NCBI GenBank assembly: GCA_028023455.1
Contig: JAQFVV010000006.1
Span: 15,252,001-15,316,000, forward strand
Origin: Epiperipatus broadwayi
Lineage: Eukaryota > Animalia > Onychophora
Direction: 5' to 3'
DNA: 64,000 nucleotides
Part shown: piece after piece, positions 50,701 to 64,000 of the stretch
How the letters are laid out: every line of letters begins with the position of its first letter
Numbering within the stretch: position 1 is the first letter of the stretch
Made by a program: the position numbers and the translations under genes
Notes under the pieces: model-generated
Told to the model about the DNA's origin: nothing
Seen by the model: the letters and a program-made list of their open reading frames with translations, nothing else
The model's database searches: none

Positions 50701-52859
50701 TATTCATAAAAATATATTGAGATTGTAATTAAAAGACATGCCATATTTTCTTCTTTGATCACAATCCTTGTTGCATGGGTTTTACATTTATCTGCATATG
50801 TTATTGCAATAATAAAACCAAAGAAATAATGACTATACTATATCACCTGAAAGTTTCATATATTGGCAGATCCAAAAATTTGTATCATAATGGATATCTT
50901 TATTCATTAGTTACCATCCACAAAGACTTTCCTACTCAGATATCTACTAATTCTCAAACAGCAGTTTAACTATCATGTAATATTTTATTTATCAATGAAA
51001 TTCCATCTCTGAATTATCTCACTTTACTTTGTAAGAATCGTATAATCTCCACTCAGTTATAAATTGTATCATATAAAAGTATAGTCCAGTCATGAAGATA
51101 AGGGGAAAAAACTTAACAGATAGTAAGCAATCAGGAAATGACTTATCAAGAAGCTTGATCTATGATTAGGAATCTGATGAATTCATCTCACCCACTCAGA
51201 GTGAATATACTAGTTTGGCTATCCCAACTAACTTACAAATATTTTCCCTAAGACAATTAATCTCCATTTTTAAATATCTCAATCTACTTTAGAGACCATA
51301 ATATGATCGCCATTCAGTTATATATTGTCTATATTAATCTGGTAATAAATTATGAAAGCTGATAAATTCATTCCACTGAAGTGAGAATGTATATTATATG
51401 AGACATAGGTAGTATATGTAAACAAGAGCATTTGTCCCTATCTCTACACAAAACAACTAATGAAAGATATTTCAAAAAAATTAAGATTCCATTAAATGCC
51501 AATATAATAATTTACATCAATTTGTAAACAAACAATATAATAATTCTATCCAATATATTTTAAAAAAGATGTAACACTATAAGATAAATCATTATACCTT
51601 CTAAAACCTTAACTAGGGTTTATGAATTTATCAAAATCACTCGTGTTTATCTATAGATCTACTCAAATTCCTGTAACAGGATCCATTGCAAATAGCCAGG
51701 TAGATTGTGTAAAAAATTAAACATTTGAGACCTATCAAGGAGATGAGATACAGTTACCTGACAATACATGAAAATGCTTTAAATTTCATACCATATACAG
51801 CAAATACAAATAGTTAATCATATAACGCTACTGCACTCCATTATTACTATTATGCATTTTAAAACTTTTATGCAACCCAATCCTATTAAAAATTTACATC
51901 TGCCAAATTCTCCAATATCATTATATGCCATATTTGAATAAAAAAGCAATCTTTACTCATTTATTCAAGTCCATGACAGTCCTTCATTCCTACAAAAGAC
52001 CCGCAGTCAATTATAAATAAAAATATTACATAAAAATGTTTGGGAGATTCTTGCTTAATCTTTCTATTAAATCAAAAGGCTTATGTTAGCCCATATCTTG
52101 TTACTTCGTTAGACAATAAAATATGTAAAGAATAACTTAAAAAATCTTATAGCAGTTCAAGTCAAAACTAATTAGTATTTGATAATGTCAATATGCCACA
52201 GAGACTTGTCCTTTACATTCTACCTTCCACTGATCAATCAAATCTTCAAGTAGAATATCTAAATGCATAAGAAGCAGTTAGTATCACAAAAAAAAAAAAA
52301 AAAACTTAATTAGAATCTTTTGCTCTTTTATATATAAGACAGATTTTACTTTGCCAAATTGTAGTTCAGGCTCCTAATGATTTCATATCCATATTTGGCT
52401 GTAACATATAATCCCCTGGCACAATATTTTAATGATAGTTCCATCAACAAGAGAAAAACAATCATTCAACATATTTCATAGACAACTGGTTTCCATGTCT
52501 ATCTGTATAATTCATCCATTTGGCAAGTGAATATGATGCTATGAATTTTTCCAGAAATTGTGTCAAAATTCCTAGGACTTCCCTTGTAACTTCTCAAATC
52601 AAAAGGAATTCTGCAATGAATAAAATTATAAACGTTAAGGTTCTTGATCATTGGATATCATCCTAAATCCAATAGTGAAACCCATCTTAAGTTTTATTTG
52701 ACTTAAACAATAACATAATCAAAATCATTTCATCATGTATTTAGTAAATCTGAACTCTAATACTAATTCAAAGAATGCCAATTTTTTTTTTACTTAATTT
52801 AAATATAAAAGCATTCTAAAGAATTTTCTGTATCCAAATTTAAGCCACAATTATAAGAA

Positions 52860-53345
52860 TATTGTTTAAACATCATCAATCAATCAATAATATTTTGTCC
52901 CATGGATGGGTCCAGCAAGCAATCATACCACCAATAATCCATTTCTCCACTCTGTTCTCTTTATTGCCCAACTTCTCAATTCCACATAACTATTCCAATC
53001 TTTTATATCATCCAGGAATGTCTGTTTTTTTCGTCCTTTCTTCTTGTTTCCATTCATCATTCCCTTCAAAACATCTTTCATTAAACTATACTTTCTTCTT
53101 AATATATGTCTAATCGAGTTTCTTTCTCTATCTCTAATTTCCTCAATCAATCAATCGTTTTTTCATTTGTTCTTTTCAAAATATCATAAATTTGTTATTT
53201 TATTCATGCAACTGATTTTTTCCATTCTTCTCTATGCTTATATCTCAAAGGCTTCCAATCTGTTCCTAATTTTATAAGTCAGTATCCATGTTTCACAATC
53301 ATATAAAAGTTGACTTCACACATAGCATTTAATTAGTCTTTTCCT
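52860..53345 (-). mobile_element. RTE-BovB-type LINE 3' fragment
   Basis: ORF 52923-53150: LKGMMNGNKKKGRKKQTFLDDIKDWNSYVELRSWAIKRTEWR. Confidence 0.75.
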
Positions 53346-53479
53346 TAATTCTCTCTTCAAGGTCCACAAAATACCGAATAGAATGCAAATACAAAGTTGA
53401 TGCACTAAAGTCACAACTTAGATAATTTCATACAATTAATCCAATTAAAGTTTTACTTTTCTGAGTGCAAATGAATATT

Positions 53480-54120
53480 AATGAATGAGTTACTACTCTG
53501 CTTTGGATATGTAGATTATAAAAAGACCTTTGATTCTAGACATATTTCTATGGTGATTAAAACACTGGATCATAAAGATATAGACCTGAGGTATTATCAT
53601 ATTGTGAAATCACAACAGCAGTAATCGGATTACATAGTAATACTAAGAAGATTGACATTATCAAGAGTGCCCAACAGAGAGGTTCTATAGCTACAAAATT
53701 GTTTGCAGTAGTTTTATAAAAAGTATTTTGAAGATTAAAATGAAAAATTGAGGAAGTAAAAGTAACTGGAGATTATTTAAATTATCTAGATTACACAGAT
53801 AATGCAATTATTTTCACAAATAATACTCCAGAACGTTAGAAAATGTTGCAATAATTATCAGGTGAAAATAAAAAAGTAGGACTACAGATGTTAAAAAAAT
53901 AAAAATTGATAATCAGAATTAGAAGTTATAAACTCCAAATCCCTCAATCAGAATATTAATAAAAAATGGAACATAATGAATAAAACTAATCATAGAATTA
54001 AACTTGGATGGAAAAACTTTTGGTAGAAATAACTTATTAAAAAAAAAAAATGCCTATGTATTTGAAAGGGAAAATTTTTAGTAGATGTGTTTTACCAGTT
54101 TTTACTTATGGATCTAAGAC
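53480..54120 (+). mobile_element. Highly degenerate RTE LINE RT fragment
   Basis: Nucleotide-colinear with 44020-44700 (gtagattat..aagacctttgattc, catagaattaaacttggatgg, gttttaccagtttttacttatggatc). Confidence 0.7.
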
Positions 54121-54167
54121 TTAAGCACTTTATTTGGTTGTTTTGTCTTAGCATGATGAAACTGGTT

Positions 54168-55202
54168 GAGGGTGTAATTTCTATGTAAACAAACAGAATT
54201 ATAATGTTACCGGGTCGTTGTTCTTTTTTTTTTTTTCAAACTTTATAGTGCTTTTTTTGATTTACAATAAAATCATAAATAATGAAATTTATCCAAAAGA
54301 AATAAAAAATGAAATTTGTCATTTTAGCAAGAATAAAAACAATATCGTGGCGATGTAAATCAAATTTTAACATGAAAAAAAAAAAACTTTCTCCAAAACA
54401 AAAACATCGTGGCTACACAAATAAAATTGTTAATTTTAACAAGAATAAAAAGAAATAATTTCCTCAAAACAACATCGTGGCCACGCAAATATAATTTGTA
54501 ATTTTAATAAGAATAAAAAGAAAGAATTTATTCAAAACAACATCTTGGCCAAAAATAAAGCTGGTATTTTCGATTGGTCTCGCGATTTATCTCATGCAAA
54601 CTGAATTTTAGCGTGATTTCGTAAAAATCACGTTTACACCTCCTCTTTGACAATTGATTAAAGTGTCACCCTTGTCTAGAGAAGCAGGGAAAAGTTTCCA
54701 CAATTTTTATTACCTTATACTACATCATTGGATTTAGAAAATAATGACTTGGCCATGCGAATTTGAAGACTTTTGACAGTTTCAATTACAGACACCCTCA
54801 CAAAATATCGTAGTGAAATTTAAAATGGGATTGTTCGTAGAAACTGCGTAACAAAAAGTTCAATGTAAGCGGCAAAATAAACATCCTACTTCTGTACTGT
54901 AAATACCGGTATCCGTAAATGTTAATAATGGGATTGTTCGTATAAAACTGCAACAGAATAATATGTCCTTATTCTGTGCTGTAGCACAGAAATAGATACC
55001 GTAGATAAATTTAAAATGGGATTGTTCGTACAAATTGCGTAACACAAAGTTCATTGTTAAGTGGCGGCGTCCTCTGTGGCAGCAAAGAAATAGGCGCCAC
55101 AGAGAAATAAAACTGACCATTTCTATGCTTAATGGAACGTTATATAGCGGCGTGCCACTTAAATGGCACATTTCTGTGCATTTGCATAGAAATTGCGCCC
55201 TC
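54168..55202. mobile_element. ~1 kb non-coding TIR element with GAGGG termini and internal subrepeats
   Basis: GAGGGTGTAATTTCTATGTAAAC..CAGAA versus the reverse complement of TTCTGTGCATTTGCATAGAAATTGCGCCCTC. Internal ACATCGTGGC repeats (54340-54550) and three AATGGGATTGTTCGTA. No clear TSD. Confidence 0.6.
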
Positions 55203-58200
55203 AAGCTAATGCTAAGAGTAAACAACCCTTTATTTACCTATAGTTATATGTGTATTTAAATAATGGATAATTGAATATAGTTCCTTTTAGCCAAAGATAT
55301 ATAAAGTATTAGAATACTAGACACTACACACATTGTATATGCAAATTACATGCACAGGCAAATCATCATGTAACACTGTCTGAAAATTTGTGATGGCATT
55401 TTATTTGTGAGCTGACGTTGGATTATTTTAATCCTGTATTGAAATGTTAAATGCTTTTAGAAAAAAATCAAACATTTATATCTTTCCAAGTTTACTAAAT
55501 TATTAGTAATAATATGCAGGTTATACCTATATCATATATACATGTTTGAAACTGCAATTCAAATCCAGTCATGGTAAAATTTGGGACAATTTTTCAGGTT
55601 CTAAACACGTAGTAGGATTTTTCTTTTGGATAATTAATCCATAGATAAGTCATCTGCTTCCATTATGGGTTGGCAAATGAGCAATTAGTTATTTTTAGCT
55701 ATTTAAAGTTTCTAAAAATTATTATCATTTGGGAATTGAAAATTTGAATAGTAATGTTCCTCTTAGATGTTAGACTCCCTTGGAGAGAACTTTGCCTTGT
55801 AGTGAACTCAAATACTTTAAAAGCGGATTTTTATTTATCCATTTACATAATAAAAATTTATAGATGCATTTTTAAATATTTACTCATTCACTGTTCAATC
55901 ACTTTTTAATAAATATCTAAACCATTCATCATTAGATTTTTTTTATTTTATTGAAAAACAAAAAACTAATTATATTTCAAATAATTTTTGATTTAGATTT
56001 TAAATTTAATAAAATACGTAATTTTTTTTATCTTTCAAAAGAACTTTATTGAATATAACAAGAAAAAGGTTACATTTATAACTATTTTATCACATGCAGA
56101 TGAATTGAAGTTAGTATAAATAAGTTGAAAATTGTAATGGGGGAGGACGGCAACAAAGACAAAGGATATGCATGTGGTTGACAAATTTGAGTTTACTTTT
56201 TTTTTTTTTTAATATATACACATCCAATTAGTTATGTGCACTCATAAGGCTCTTAGTTCTCTTTTTTATTATTATTTTTTTTCATCTATAATTTTGAACG
56301 GTATTGTAATATAGACTAAGTGGCTGTGTACATCTTTTGGGATACAATTTTTTTGAAATAACAGTTATATTGCCTGCATATAAGTCTAAATTCAATAAAA
56401 TATCAAATCATTTCTTTGATATTATTCACCCAATCTTAGACATTGCCATGCATTTGAATGTAATGTGGGTATATCTAAGGATACAGCATTTATCATCAAG
56501 AAATGTTAATCAAATAGCTTTCTATTTCTGACAAACATCTAATTTTAATGATCCATTATTTATGATCAATTATTTAAAGTTTATTTTGTAAGAGCTTAAA
56601 TAATCAGAAAATTACCTACATTTATTCATTGCTAAATAAGAGTCTGAGAAATAATTGCAAGATTAAAGATTACTTGTTGATGAAATTATATAAAAAAAAA
56701 AAGGTGTACTTCAATTTAATTCATGAAAAGGTATAAAAAAAAGGTACTTATTGCAGACGTTATACATAACAGATTAAAATATTACATACTAGGTAGAGCA
56801 ACTAAAGCCATATTAAAGACGCTAATCAATAATTAATTTTCAAAACAAAGAAATTACCAAAAGTTAAAAAAGTATGAATATTTTTTATACAAACTAATGC
56901 AAACATGATGCGTAATTTTATTTTTTAAAAACCCACTACAAACTAATGCTAATACAATTATAAAATTTAATGCGTAGTTTTATAACAATACAAATAAAGT
57001 AAAAGAACTGTAATTTACTAAAAAAATAATGACATGTTGAAAAATATAAACTTGCATAATTTAACGAAAATTAATACACAATAATAAAGCTATAATTTGT
57101 TAACAATTTCTTAATGAAGAATACAAATTTGTATAATTCACTAAATAATAGAACAAATTAATAAAGATTTTTTTTAAAAAATAAATAAATCAACATATGT
57201 GGTAAAGTCATTAAGAAATTATTGCCAAATTACGCTTCATTATTTTGTATTATTCTGCAATGTGTTGTTTTTAGTAAATTATGCAAGATATAATTTGTAC
57301 TGCATCATTATAAAACTAAACATTAAAATTTACAATTAAGTTAGCTTCATGAGGTCTTATCCCTGATGAAGCAGTATCTAATTATTAAATTTTTCAAAAA
57401 TACAACTTCTATTTATCTAAATATTAATTGGTTTGGTATACAAATTATTAATTTCAATTCACATTACAAGTGCTTTGGTCTGAAAGCAAATTTTTTAAAA
57501 TTGCAAATAGGGAAAAATACTTGAATTTTTTATTATTAAATTAGCATCTTCAGTATAGCTTTAGTGGTTCTACCTAGTAGATAAAACTCAAATCTGTTAT
57601 GAAGAACATCTGTCTAAGCAATGAGTATCAAAAAAAGTATTATGAATATTTGAAAAGTAGAGTAAAATAGAAATTTACTTCCAAAATTTTCTGCTTTATG
57701 AAAAATAATTACTAATGACATGCTTAACAGCTTTGACAGTATTAAATAAAACAATTTACATTTGTTCTATTTTTATTTAAATTAATACTCTTTCTTTCTA
57801 AAAAAAACAAACAAACAAATTAATGTCTCAAGTTTTCGGGCTCATACAACATTGTAAATACACTATTTTTACTATTCACTAATACTATAATTAATTCTTT
57901 GTAGTATTTATTTTATATATCAATTTGAAAATAAGAATTCACTAAATTTGATTCCTACAATTTCTCTTTCAAAACAGTAAAATGATAAAAGTAACGATAC
58001 ATTCAGTACTTATTAGAAATAATACATTACTGATTATATTAAATAAGTTTGTTCACTGACTCTTATTTGGATAAATCTGGGAACTTTACCTCTAGTTTAA
58101 TACACACTGATCAAAGTGGTTCATCAGTTAACAACTTTAAAAAATCTTATATATTGCTTATATCACTCTATTCATATACACGTTAATGCAACAAATTTTC

Positions 58201-58204
58201 TTAA

Positions 58205-61200
58205 AAACTTCTTTATTTTCTTACAGTTTCGACTGTCCAGCAGTCTTCATCAGAGCTACAAGATTTGAATAATATAAATATACAATCATCATTTCACACA
58301 TATATATATATATAAATAAATACATGTATATAACCATCACTTTACACATATATAAAATACCCATATATATACATAAATATACACATATATCTTCTTCATA
58401 CACTTACATATGAATTTACAAGACATATATATAATAGATACCTACATCTATATATACATATATGTACATCCAATATATATACATAGCCCTTTTAACTATA
58501 CATATATACATATACCCCCAGACATACATACAATCTTCATATATCTTTATAAATACACATGCATATCTATACTCTACCTACATATACATATATAATACAA
58601 AAACACAACCAATTCACCTTTTTTTTAAATCTTTTACCTTTTGAAACTATTTTATTTTTACTTTTTACCTTTTAAAAAACCTTTTAAATATTATTAATTT
58701 ATAACATTACCTATATTGTTTTATAATTATCTAATATATAAAACATCTTTTATTTTACTATCTTTAATCTACCCTTATATATTTATTCTTTTATAATATT
58801 TCCAATATTATTTTATAATTATCTGATATATTACATCTTTTATTTTACTATCTTTAATTTTACTTTTTATAATTTTTATCTCTACATTACTAAATAATAT
58901 TTTTCTTTAACACCTATTACCTCTATCTTCTTCACTGCCTTAATTAAACTGACTGTTATTTTAAATGTTCTATCTTATTATTCATTTAAAACAGTTCCCT
59001 CTGTTATCAATTTTATAATACTTATTCTATTTTAAACTTCTAACTTCCAAATTATATTCATTAACCATATTCAAATATTACAAATACAACTACCTAACCT
59101 TCATTTTACATATAAACATACATATCAAATTCCATACATCCCCTACACATAGATACATATCGCTTCACATCACCTCTATACATATAAATAAAAATAATAT
59201 ATAAACAATATAAAAATACACCAAAAAATTAAAAACAAAAATTAAAAATTCTCTATGTATATCTATATACACATATATATGTACACCCATATTTATAACA
59301 CATATACATACATATACCAATCCTCATATACATTTATCTATGCCTCCCATATATACTCAACTTACTTATAAATTGCATTTATAAATATACTAAACACATC
59401 CAATACCCCATTTTTTATCTATTACCTTTAAAAACTATTTTATTTTTACCTTAGTTTTTCATTTCACTATCTATCTTGTTTCCTTATTATCTAACCCATA
59501 TTCCTTTTAACCCCCATACCTATAATACAAAACCTATCCAATACACCATTTTTTTATATTACCTTTAAAACTATTTCATTTTTACCTTTAGTTTTAAAAA
59601 ATTTAAACAAATTTCTTTTAAACAAATTTTTACTATTTTTAAATGCCTTACCCTTTTATTATTACCTTTATTTATATCATCACTATTCTTTAATTTTCCT
59701 TTCATCATTTTTTTATCTTGTCCAATTATTATCTAATATATATCTTTTTTACTTTAATAGCTCTACTTTTTTCTTTTAATAATATTATCTTTATTCTCTG
59801 CTGTTTTAAAATCACTATCTTTTATTCCTTTAAACCAGGGATGCCCAACTTTTAACTTGACACGAGCCAGTTGAGAATTTAAAAAAATTTGGGGAGCCAC
59901 AATTATATATTCTATTTTTCATATTACATTTATAAACATAATTCACAAACTAAAAAAAAACTGGTGTAATATGTTAAAAAGAAAAAAAAATGTAAATACA
60001 TTTTATTTATATTTATTTATTAATAATTTGGTAACATACATATAAATTACAATTACAGGAAAAGTATATTTTAATTATTTCATTTAATGTGAAACCTGAC
60101 ACTGCATATCGTTATCGTTTGTATTGTAAAAATGTTTATTTTTTAGTGTGTGTATGTGGCGTCAAGGAACATAAAATATTTTATCAATTTTTCTTGAAGA
60201 GTGCAATGTGAGCCACATTGAACAGTTGCGCGAGCCACATGTGACTCGCGAGCTACGGGTTGGGCATCCCTGCTTTAAACCAACTTCCTCTTTTATCAAT
60301 TTTATAAAACTTATAAGTCTATTTTTTAATCTATATTAATTAACAATCTTTACATGTCTTTTATCTATATTCACATATAACTTTAAATCTACTTTCTTTT
60401 ATTACTATTATTATAACCTTTATTATTAACAATCAATAAGAACAATAATCATGCCATAACCCCAATATAATTTCATATTTAAGGTTTCCTTACCCATATA
60501 CCTACTTGCATATACATTTATCTTTAATTACCAATAACCTTATAAATCCAATACTACAACCTACCAACACAAGGTTCTTAGTCCACCATCTCTATTTAAA
60601 CTAGGCCTTATTCTCTTAATTAACATTGCTTCCTTTATTTTTCTATCTCTTCTTTTATTAGTATATCCTATCATTTTTATACTTTCTTTGTCAAATACAT
60701 GCCGTTTCCATAGTATGCAAATAAATTGGTGAATTTTTGTCATACCTATGTCGATTTAGCCTCGTAAAAATAGAATTCTTTGTCTCACCTACATATTTAG
60801 TCCTTATCATATTCTGCTTACAATATCTACAATCTATTTGATATACGCCATTTATACATTTTCCTATATCTTTAATATATTTATTATCTAATATATTCAT
60901 TAAATTTTTTCTTTTTTTATTTACTACCTTATACTTAATTACATTATTATATCTATTATTAATTTTTTTAATAATTTTATTAACACTCTTAACTACATTA
61001 TTACTATATGTCTTAACCCCTATATACTTTTCCTTTATATTGTTCTTACTATATTCATCATTCTCTCCTTCCTTATTATTTTTCTTCTATTAATTTTATA
61101 TTCTTCACTATTACATTCTCTGGATATTCATTTTCCTTAAATTCCTTAACTATTAATTCTACTTTTTTATATTCCTTTTCACTTGAACAATAATTAATAG

Positions 61201-61620
61201 CCCTACATATTCGTGAACTTATACTACTTATTTTATATTTATTATCTGTATTAGAATTCCAATTCATTATATTACTATTCCCATTCGCTTTTTTATATAC
61301 TGATGTTTCTATTCTTCATCTATTTTTAACATATGTTTTTGTTAACAATATGTCCAAATATGCTAACTTATTATCTTTCTCTCTTTCCACTGTAAATTTA
61401 ATATTCTTATCTAATTTATTAATTTTATCTAAATATTTATCTATTTGTCTTTCACTTTTATTAAAAATCAATAGATAATCATCTACATATCTTTTTAACA
61501 TTATTGGTCCAATTTCCTCATCTATCATCTTTTTTTCTATTTCCTCCATATACATACAACTTAATATCCCACTCAATGCCCCTCCTATCAATAAACCTTT
61601 TTTCTGCTTAAAAAAATCCT
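58205..61620 (-). mobile_element. 5'-truncated Penelope-like element (RT, GIY-YIG, long 3' region)
   Basis: KQKKGLLIGGALSG..RYVDDYL..IKFTVEREKDNKLAYLDI (61316-61610); linker RAINYCSS..NEYPENVI; GVYQIDCRYC..KYVGETKNSIFTRLNRH..RKIKEAMLI..LNRDGG (60561-60900). Hammerhead remnant and AATAAA at ~58210-58258. Confidence 0.88.
59836..60272. mobile_element. hAT-Charlie-type MITE inserted in the PLE
   Basis: 14-bp TIR CAGGGATGCCCAAC / GTTGGGCATCCCTG; exact 8-bp TSD CTTTAAAC (59828-59835, 60273-60280). Confidence 0.93.
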
Positions 61621-62699
61621 AAACTCTTTTGTAACATGAAAACATTTGTATAATTTACTTGGCCTAGATTCAAATTCCAGATAAGGGGCATGGAACATAA
61701 ATATATTATTCAACAACCAGAGATTCTTTCAACATGAAGATAGTTAATTTTATTTACTTCCATGAAGTGCATGGTTTTGCTAATTTTATCTCTTTTAACT
61801 TTACTTTTTGTATGAATTTTATTTCAAAAATTATTTTGACCATTAAATGATTTAATATAATAAACAAAACAGTCAAATTGGAATTTTCTATTAATGTAAT
61901 CATTAAAAAAAGCATAGCTTTAATGATATAAAACAGAAATAGAAGTAATTATTTCCCAGACCTACATAATAAAGTAATAGTAAGTATCATAAAATTATTA
62001 AAAAGTATGTCAACTCATTCTTTTATATAAATATTAATTTATTGACATTGGATCCATCAAACACTGAAATCTGAATATTAGTTTGATTTATGTATAGCGT
62101 AAATGATCTGAGAACATTATTTAACTATTCAGAGAGTACTGGTCCTATTCCATTTTTAGCAAACTGAAATACTAATTGAAACATCAATTAATAAATGTAA
62201 TTGTAAATAATCATAGCTTTAAAGATTTCAGGTTTTCATAAGAATGTTAATGATTTAATGTTTACATACCATCAAAGCTAGAAGTATTGGTAGCCAATCC
62301 ATTCTTTGAATAATTTGTTGAAGTTTGACTGTTATTTTATTACATAGTTCTTTGGAAGTTAGTTACTTATTTCTGTTTCAGTTTAATTTCTATTAATTAA
62401 AAAAAAAAAAAAAAATTTGTAATGACATGAAAGTTGGCCATTGCTAACAAATACCACCACCTAGAAGATAAAAATAGTTTATAAGGTTGACAAAATAAAA
62501 ATTAATCTTAAATGTTCACATTATATCAATTAACCACATGAAAACTAATGCAAAATCTTAAATGCAATTATTTGATTTCTTCTATATTGTTGGCTGAATA
62601 CAGAATCCAGTCAAGAATTTAAATAAGAATACTGTAAGTAATATATTTTATTAACAAATTATTCATCATCAATAGCAATCTGATCCTATGGATGAGAGA

Positions 62700-63120
62700 G
62701 CAATCACACATTCAACTCGTCCATTTAACCATTGTTTTGTCCACTGCTCAGTTCTCACTTCTTATATCATCACCAGTAAGGTTAATTTTTTCTGTCCTTT
62801 CTTCTTGTTTCCATTCACTATTCCCTCCAAATAATCTTCATTCAACTATTTTTTCTTCTTAGTATATATATATATCCAATCCAGTTTCTCTTTCTATCTT
62901 TAATTTCCTCAATCAATCTTTTTTCTTCATTCATTCTTTCTAAAATATCCTTACTTATTTGTCATCTTTTGCATTCAATTAACACTATTCACGTTAACAT
63001 CTCAAAGGTCTCCAATTTGTTCCTAACTCTTTTACTCATTCTCCATGTTTCACATTCATACAATAATTCACATCACATGTAGCAATTCACTAATGTTTTC
63101 TTTAATTTTCTTTTCAAAAG
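62700..63120 (-). mobile_element. RTE-BovB-type LINE 3' fragment
   Basis: Colinear with 52860-53345 and 41840-42250 (ttctctttctatctttaatttcctcaatcaatc). Confidence 0.7.
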
Positions 63121-63156
63121 TCCCACAATATTAGAGCAAAATATTTAAAAACTTAC

Positions 63157-63258
63157 TTTTTCAGGTATTTTAGTAAAGGGAATTTCTTCTAAAAGTGCTT
63201 CAATGTTTTCAGCCACAGTTCCTTTATGTGAGACTTCATCCTTTTGCTTATCACTTTC
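63157..63258 (-). CDS. Probable upstream exon of the host gene (ESDKQKDEVSHKGTVAENIEALLEEIPFTKIPEK)
   Basis: 102 bp open frame with a strong AAA/GTAAGT donor. Phase 0 is compatible with the start of exon 36803-39078. The acceptor (TTGAAG) is uncertain. Confidence 0.55.
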
Positions 63259-64000
63259 CTTCAATATTATAAAATATATAAAAAGAATATAATTTTCATT
63301 AATTAAAGTACTTATAAAATTAGAATGATCATAAATCAACATACTAATTTTTTTTACTTTATAATATGAAACGAAGTTATAAAAAAAAAATATTTTTGTA
63401 TCCTACTGTGAGAGAGATTACTAATAAAATGGATCACTTATATAAAGTTAGGGCAGTTTGAGCACATTTTCTGGAAATTTATATAAGAAACTAAATTTTC
63501 TGGAAATTTATATAAGAAACTAAACTAGTAGCATTTTCTAAATATAAAATTTACATATTTTTTTTTTTATATAAAATATTTACGCATCATAAAATTTTAT
63601 ATACATTGAATAATGTGAATAATATATAACACAACTGTTTAATCAAATTGCATATAAAGGCTATCATCCACATCAATACATAAAAATGAACTTTTTTGAA
63701 AAATGTAATTATTTCAATTTATATTGATAATTAAGGTGGGACTAATATTTTCTAGGTTACTCGAGAACCTCCCAAGTGGATGAAGTACTGTATAATGACA
63801 AGATGGTAGTTAGTTTCTTTCTATGCACTGATATGGATTAATTATGTTATTTTCATGCTTATGTGCAGTTTGATTAACTGTTTTTATTGCATATACCTAA
63901 GTGTGTTTGATAATTAGATACAGAATGTATAAAAACTTATTTATTCTTGAAGGCTATACACTATGCAACAGAAGATATAAAAAAATATTTAAAAAAAATG

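Noticed and set aside
62272-62390. Candidate host exon with GTATGT donor (KELCNKITVKLQQIIQRMDWLPILLALM)
   Set aside because: All three frames are closed from the good acceptor, and the alternative acceptors are weak and out of phase. Unsupported without RNA data.

Overview
AT-rich animal genomic DNA (probably an arthropod; the species cannot be fixed from sequence alone), dominated by decayed transposons, with a 500-N gap at 24132-24631. No prokaryotic features or CRISPR arrays. One host gene is visible on the minus strand: a 2.3 kb low-complexity exon (36803-39078), two short downstream exons ending at a stop (33401), and a probable upstream exon (63157-63258). Mobile content: a complete but dead 11.7 kb Gypsy element with ~2.9 kb LTRs and a GTAT target-site duplication (TSD), two Penelope-like elements (PLEs), RTE LINE fragments, hAT and piggyBac transposase relics, several MITEs including a SPIN/URR1-like one, and a tRNA-derived SINE. 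The most striking signal is two unrelated non-coding families (457 bp and 473 bp units). Each is inserted as one tandem-plus-inverted multimer inside a single 11-14 bp TSD, and each unit carries a type I hammerhead ribozyme motif with a palindromic helix III and a 1x1 mismatch at the base of helix II. They look like retrozymes (self-cleaving, possibly circular-RNA retroelements), plausibly mobilised by PLEs. All family assignments are by eye from remembered motifs; no database searches were run.
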